Below, piece after piece: positions 56,343-64,000 of a stretch of DNA of 64,000 nt. The notes under the pieces are model-generated. The model saw only the letters and a program-made list of their open reading frames with translations. It did no database searches and was not told where the DNA came from. The DNA is taken from contig OY762897.2 of the NCBI GenBank assembly GCA_963666515.2, positions 1,408,001 to 1,472,000 of the forward strand, read 5' to 3'. This DNA comes from Candidatus Binatia bacterium. GTDB taxonomy: Bacteria > Desulfobacterota > Binatia > UBA9968 > JAJDTQ01. Position numbers and translations under genes: made by a program. Within the stretch, counting starts at the first letter, position 1; each line of letters opens with the position of its first letter.

Positions 56343-58601
56343 TCAATCCGCCCAGGCTCCCAACTGCATGCCGTCTCCCCAGCGGTGCTGCAGGACCGCC
56401 CCGATGCGCCGGGAGGCTTCGCTGCGGAGGCTCGGGTTCCGCGTGAGCCAGTCGCGGGCCTCCTGGCGCGCCGCATTCAGCACCTCGTGATCGTGCACCA
56501 GGTGCGCCACCCGAAATCCCTGGTAACCGGCTTGGCGCGTGCCCAGAATCTCTCCGGCGCCGCGGAACCTCAGGTCGGCCTCGGCCACCTCGAACCCGTC
56601 CGCGGTTCGTTCCAGGACCTCCAGGCGCCGGCGGGAATCGTCGTCCCGGGAGCCGTAGTGGACCAGGACACAGTAGGACTCGTCCCGGCCCCGCCCTACC
56701 CTGCCCCGGAGTTGGTGCAACTGCGCGAGGCCAAACCGCTCCGCGTGCTCCACCACCATCAGGGTGGCGCCGGGCACGTCGATGCCCACCTCGATGACGG
56801 TGGTGGCCACCAGCACTTGGATCTCCCCCTGCCGGAAGCGCCGCATCACCCGGTCCCGTTCCGTAGCGGGCATCTGGCCGTGGACCATGCCCAGGCGCAG
56901 CCCCTTCATGACGGTCCGGGAGAGTTCCCGCGCCATGCTCTCGGCGGCCGCCATCGGCATTTTCTCCGAGTCCTCCACCAGCGGGTAGACCAAGTACGCT
57001 TGGCGTCCATCCGCCACCGCGGCCCGGACCCGCTCGTAGACCTTCTGCCGCTGGGCAGCTTGAACCACCACCGTGCGCACTGGCGTCCGGCCCGGCGGCG
57101 CCTCGTCCAGCAGCGATACCTCCAGGTCGCCGGACAGGACCATTGCGAGGCTGCGGGGAATGGGCGTGGCGCTCATCAGGAGCAGGTCCGGCTCGGGCGC
57201 AGCCCGGTCCGCCACCAGCCGCAGGGAGAGCCGCGCGAAGGCGGTGCGCTGGCTCACTCCGAAACGGTGCTGCTCATCGATGATCCCCAGCCCCATGCGC
57301 GGCACAGACACGCCTTCCTGAATGAGCGCGTGCGTGCCGACCACGAAATCCACCTCGCCGTTGCCGATGCGCCCGGTGATCTCCTTCCGGGCGGCGGCCG
57401 GAAGAGAGCCGGAGAGCAGCGCCGCGCGCACACCCAACCGCTCGGCGTAGGGTTGGAGCCTTTCGTAGTGTTGCTCAGCCAGCAGTTCGGTGGGAGCCAG
57501 CAGCAGCGCCTGACGGCCATTCTCCATGGCCCGCAGGGCGCTGAGCCACGCGATGACGGTCTTCCCGGACCCCACGTCACCTTGCAGCAGACGGCGCATG
57601 GGGTTGGGCGATTCCATGTCCTGGTAGATCTCCTGCAGCACCCGTTCCTGACCGCGAGTAAGACGGTAAGGAAGCAACTCACGCATCAAGCGGGCAAGCC
57701 GATCCGACCGCGCCGGCGAGCGGATGCCCGGAGTATTCAAGTGCTGCTGTCGCCGCAGCGCCAGAGCCAGTTGGAAGTAGAAGAACTCGTCGAACGCCAG
57801 GGAGCGGCGAGCCGCGGCGCGGGTTCCCTCGACCGCGCCGCGGCCCCGTGCACTGTCTGCCCGAGGGTTCTCGTCCGCCGGCACGGGCGGGATGTCCTCG
57901 CTTCCGGGGGACGGGCGGTGGAGGAAATCCAGCGCCTGTTTCAAGTCCATGAGTCCCTGCCGCTCCGCCGTCTCCGGCGGCAGGAAACTGGGCAGGAACT
58001 TGCCGAACCGCTCCAGGGCCTGAGCGATCCAGCCGCGCAGGTTCGTTTGGGAGACGGCGCCGGGCTTTTCATAGACCGGGCGCACCTCGGGTTGCCGCTC
58101 CCTTCCCCCATCGAGCACGTCGAATTCCGGGTGGGACACGCTGAGCCGGGCGCCTCGCCCAGGCGCCACTCTCCCGTAGACGGAAAGGCGCTGACCCACG
58201 CGCAACACGTCCGCGACGTAACGGACGGGGTTGAACCAGACCAGTTCCAGAGTCCCGGTGTCGTCGGTCAACGTGCCCGTGAGGATACCGCGGCCCCGAC
58301 GAATCCGTCCGGCCCGCAGGCTGGTTAGGCGGCCGACAAAGATGCCGCTTTCGCCAGCCGCGGCTTTGGCGATGGCGGTGGCATCCCGGCGGTCCTCGTA
58401 GCGGAAAGGCAGGTGGTAAAGCAGATCCTCGACGGTTGCGAGGCCACGCCCGGCGAGTTGTGCGGCCCGGACTGGGCCTATGCCCTTCAGGGAATCGAGG
58501 CCGAGCCCTAGCCATTCAAAGCACTTGACGGGTTCAGTCGTCGTGACGTGATAAGGGTAAGACACGGAATCCGTGGCGAGGCGGAGAGGCGCTATGGCCA
58601 A
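56343..58601 (-). CDS. recG: ATP-dependent DNA helicase RecG (start uncertain)
   Basis: QGDVGSGKT, DEQHRFG, SATPIPRS, TTVIEVGID, AQLHQLRGRVGRG. Confidence 0.95.
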   Translation of the reverse strand: MAIAPLRLATDSVSYPYHVTTTEPVKCFEWLGLGLDSLKGIGPVRAAQLAGRGLATVEDLLYHLPFRYEDRRDATAIAKAAAGESGIFVGRLTSLRAGRIRRGRGILTGTLTDDTGTLELVWFNPVRYVADVLRVGQRLSVYGRVAPGRGARLSVSHPEFDVLDGGRERQPEVRPVYEKPGAVSQTNLRGWIAQALERFGKFLPSFLPPETAERQGLMDLKQALDFLHRPSPGSEDIPPVPADENPRADSARGRGAVEGTRAAARRSLAFDEFFYFQLALALRRQQHLNTPGIRSPARSDRLARLMRELLPYRLTRGQERVLQEIYQDMESPNPMRRLLQGDVGSGKTVIAWLSALRAMENGRQALLLAPTELLAEQHYERLQPYAERLGVRAALLSGSLPAAARKEITGRIGNGEVDFVVGTHALIQEGVSVPRMGLGIIDEQHRFGVSQRTAFARLSLRLVADRAAPEPDLLLMSATPIPRSLAMVLSGDLEVSLLDEAPPGRTPVRTVVVQAAQRQKVYERVRAAVADGRQAYLVYPLVEDSEKMPMAAAESMARELSRTVMKGLRLGMVHGQMPATERDRVMRRFRQGEIQVLVATTVIEVGIDVPGATLMVVEHAERFGLAQLHQLRGRVGRGRDESYCVLVHYGSRDDDSRRRLEVLERTADGFEVAEADLRFRGAGEILGTRQAGYQGFRVAHLVHDHEVLNAARQEARDWLTRNPSLRSEASRRIGAVLQHRWGDGMQLGAWAD

Positions 58602-58624
58602 TTCTCCTCTTCAGTCGTGATTCG

Positions 58625-58972
58625 TCAGTTCGGAGCGTTCCGTTCAGTACGTTCGATCAAGGCATGGAGCGCCGCCATGGCTTCAGCGTGCTGTCGTTCA
58701 CCGGCTTTCATGTTCTCGACGTGTCCGGCCATGAATTCAGCATGCTGCCGCTTGCCTGCCTCCATGTTCTCGGCGTGCTTGGCCATGGCTTCGGCATGCC
58801 TGTCGGCATGTCGCTGCTCGCGATTGCCGCTGTCCCTGACCATGGTACGGACAGCCCAAGCGATCACCCCGATTTCCCCGAGCCCTACCACCAAAGCGAC
58901 GCTGGCCTGCACCACGCCGACCCAAATGAGGGCGTTCTGTGCTGAGAGCGTGGCTGCTTCGAACTCCGTCAT
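58625..58972 (-). CDS. Small membrane protein with His/Met-rich 18-aa repeats
   Basis: N-terminal hydrophobic segment, then RHAEAMAKHAENMEAGKR / QHAEFMAGHVENMKAGER / QHAEAMA. Confidence 0.65.
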   Translation of the reverse strand: MTEFEAATLSAQNALIWVGVVQASVALVVGLGEIGVIAWAVRTMVRDSGNREQRHADRHAEAMAKHAENMEAGKRQHAEFMAGHVENMKAGERQHAEAMAALHALIERTERNAPN

Positions 58973-59054
58973 GATGTGTTCGTTCCGGCGGCCCGGCCGT
59001 CCGACGCACGTTCGTTGCCTACACTATAGGTAATCGGCGAATGCAGCGAGAACT

Positions 59055-62315
<3,261 letters not shown>

Positions 62316-62316
62316 C

Positions 62317-63435
<1,119 letters not shown>

Positions 63436-63466
63436 AAGATCAACCGGCGCACTCGATGTCCCGATG

Positions 63467-64000
63467 TCAGTAGATGAGGCCGCCGATGCGCCACCAGCGC
63501 AGCCGGCTGTTCTCCGAGTCCCAGGACCAGTACTTGACGAAGGCCCGGCCGCGGACGTCCTTGATGGGCACGAAGCCCCAGAAGCGGCTGTCGAAGCTGC
63601 GGTCCCGGTTGTCGCCCATGACGAACACGTGCCCCTCGGGCACCGTTATCGGGCCGAGGTTGTCGCGGAGGTGTCCGGCGCCAAGGGTCATTCCCTGCTC
63701 CTCGAAATGGGCGTGGGCATCCTCTACCGCCTCGCCGTTGATGTAGAGCTTCTTGTCCCGGATGACCACCTCGTCGCCGGGCACCCCCACCACCCGCTTG
63801 ATGAAGTCCTTGCAGCGGTCCTGCGGATAGACGAACACGATCACGTCGCCCCGCTCCGGCATGTCCCATTCCATCACGTGGGAGCCCCGGGCCACGTCGA
63901 TGCAGCCGGCGAAGGGCACCCAGTTGACGTCCGGGAGCCGCACGCCGTAGGAGAGCTTGTTGACCAGGATGTGGTCACCGATGGCCAGGGTGGGGATCAT
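63467..64000 (-). CDS. lepB: Signal peptidase I (partial, runs off the window)
   Basis: [35 protein letters not shown]. Confidence 0.93.
   Translation of the reverse strand: MIPTLAIGDHILVNKLSYGVRLPDVNWVPFAGCIDVARGSHVMEWDMPERGDVIVFVYPQDRCKDFIKRVVGVPGDEVVIRDKKLYINGEAVEDAHAHFEEQGMTLGAGHLRDNLGPITVPEGHVFVMGDNRDRSFDSRFWGFVPIKDVRGRAFVKYWSWDSENSRLRWWRIGGLIY

Overview
High-GC bacterial chromosomal window. Left part (1-38 kb) is accessory metabolism: a Co-type nitrile hydratase/thiocyanate hydrolase-like gene pair with a TAXI-TRAP transporter and a divergent CbtB-like gene, tRNA-Arg(CCT), a UbiD/LLM/ABC cluster, an AlbA_2+ParA pair, an orphan xanthine-dehydrogenase-family large subunit, a Dpp-type ABC operon, McrBC plus Rpn defence genes, an amidohydrolase/HO-like diiron oxidase/cyclase/aldolase operon, and an SQR-like gene that appears to continue through an in-frame UGA (probable selenoprotein) next to a persulfide dioxygenase-rhodanese fusion. 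A dif-like XerCD site overlapping a 27-bp inverted repeat lies at about 38.2-38.3 kb, and the housekeeping genes to its right (miaB, hom, alaC-like, recG, carB, carA, lepB) all point towards it. A lower-GC island (about 41.1-52.9 kb) holds surface lipoproteins, a mini-IS3, a 5'-truncated IS1634 and a complete 3814-bp IS1595-family transposon (25-bp perfect TIRs, 8-bp TSD). That transposon carries two highly structured putative ncRNAs and two paralogous convergent modules (small protein + Cas2/VapD-like protein); it is the best candidate for an undescribed system. All family calls come from motifs recognised by eye; no database searches or folding programs were run.
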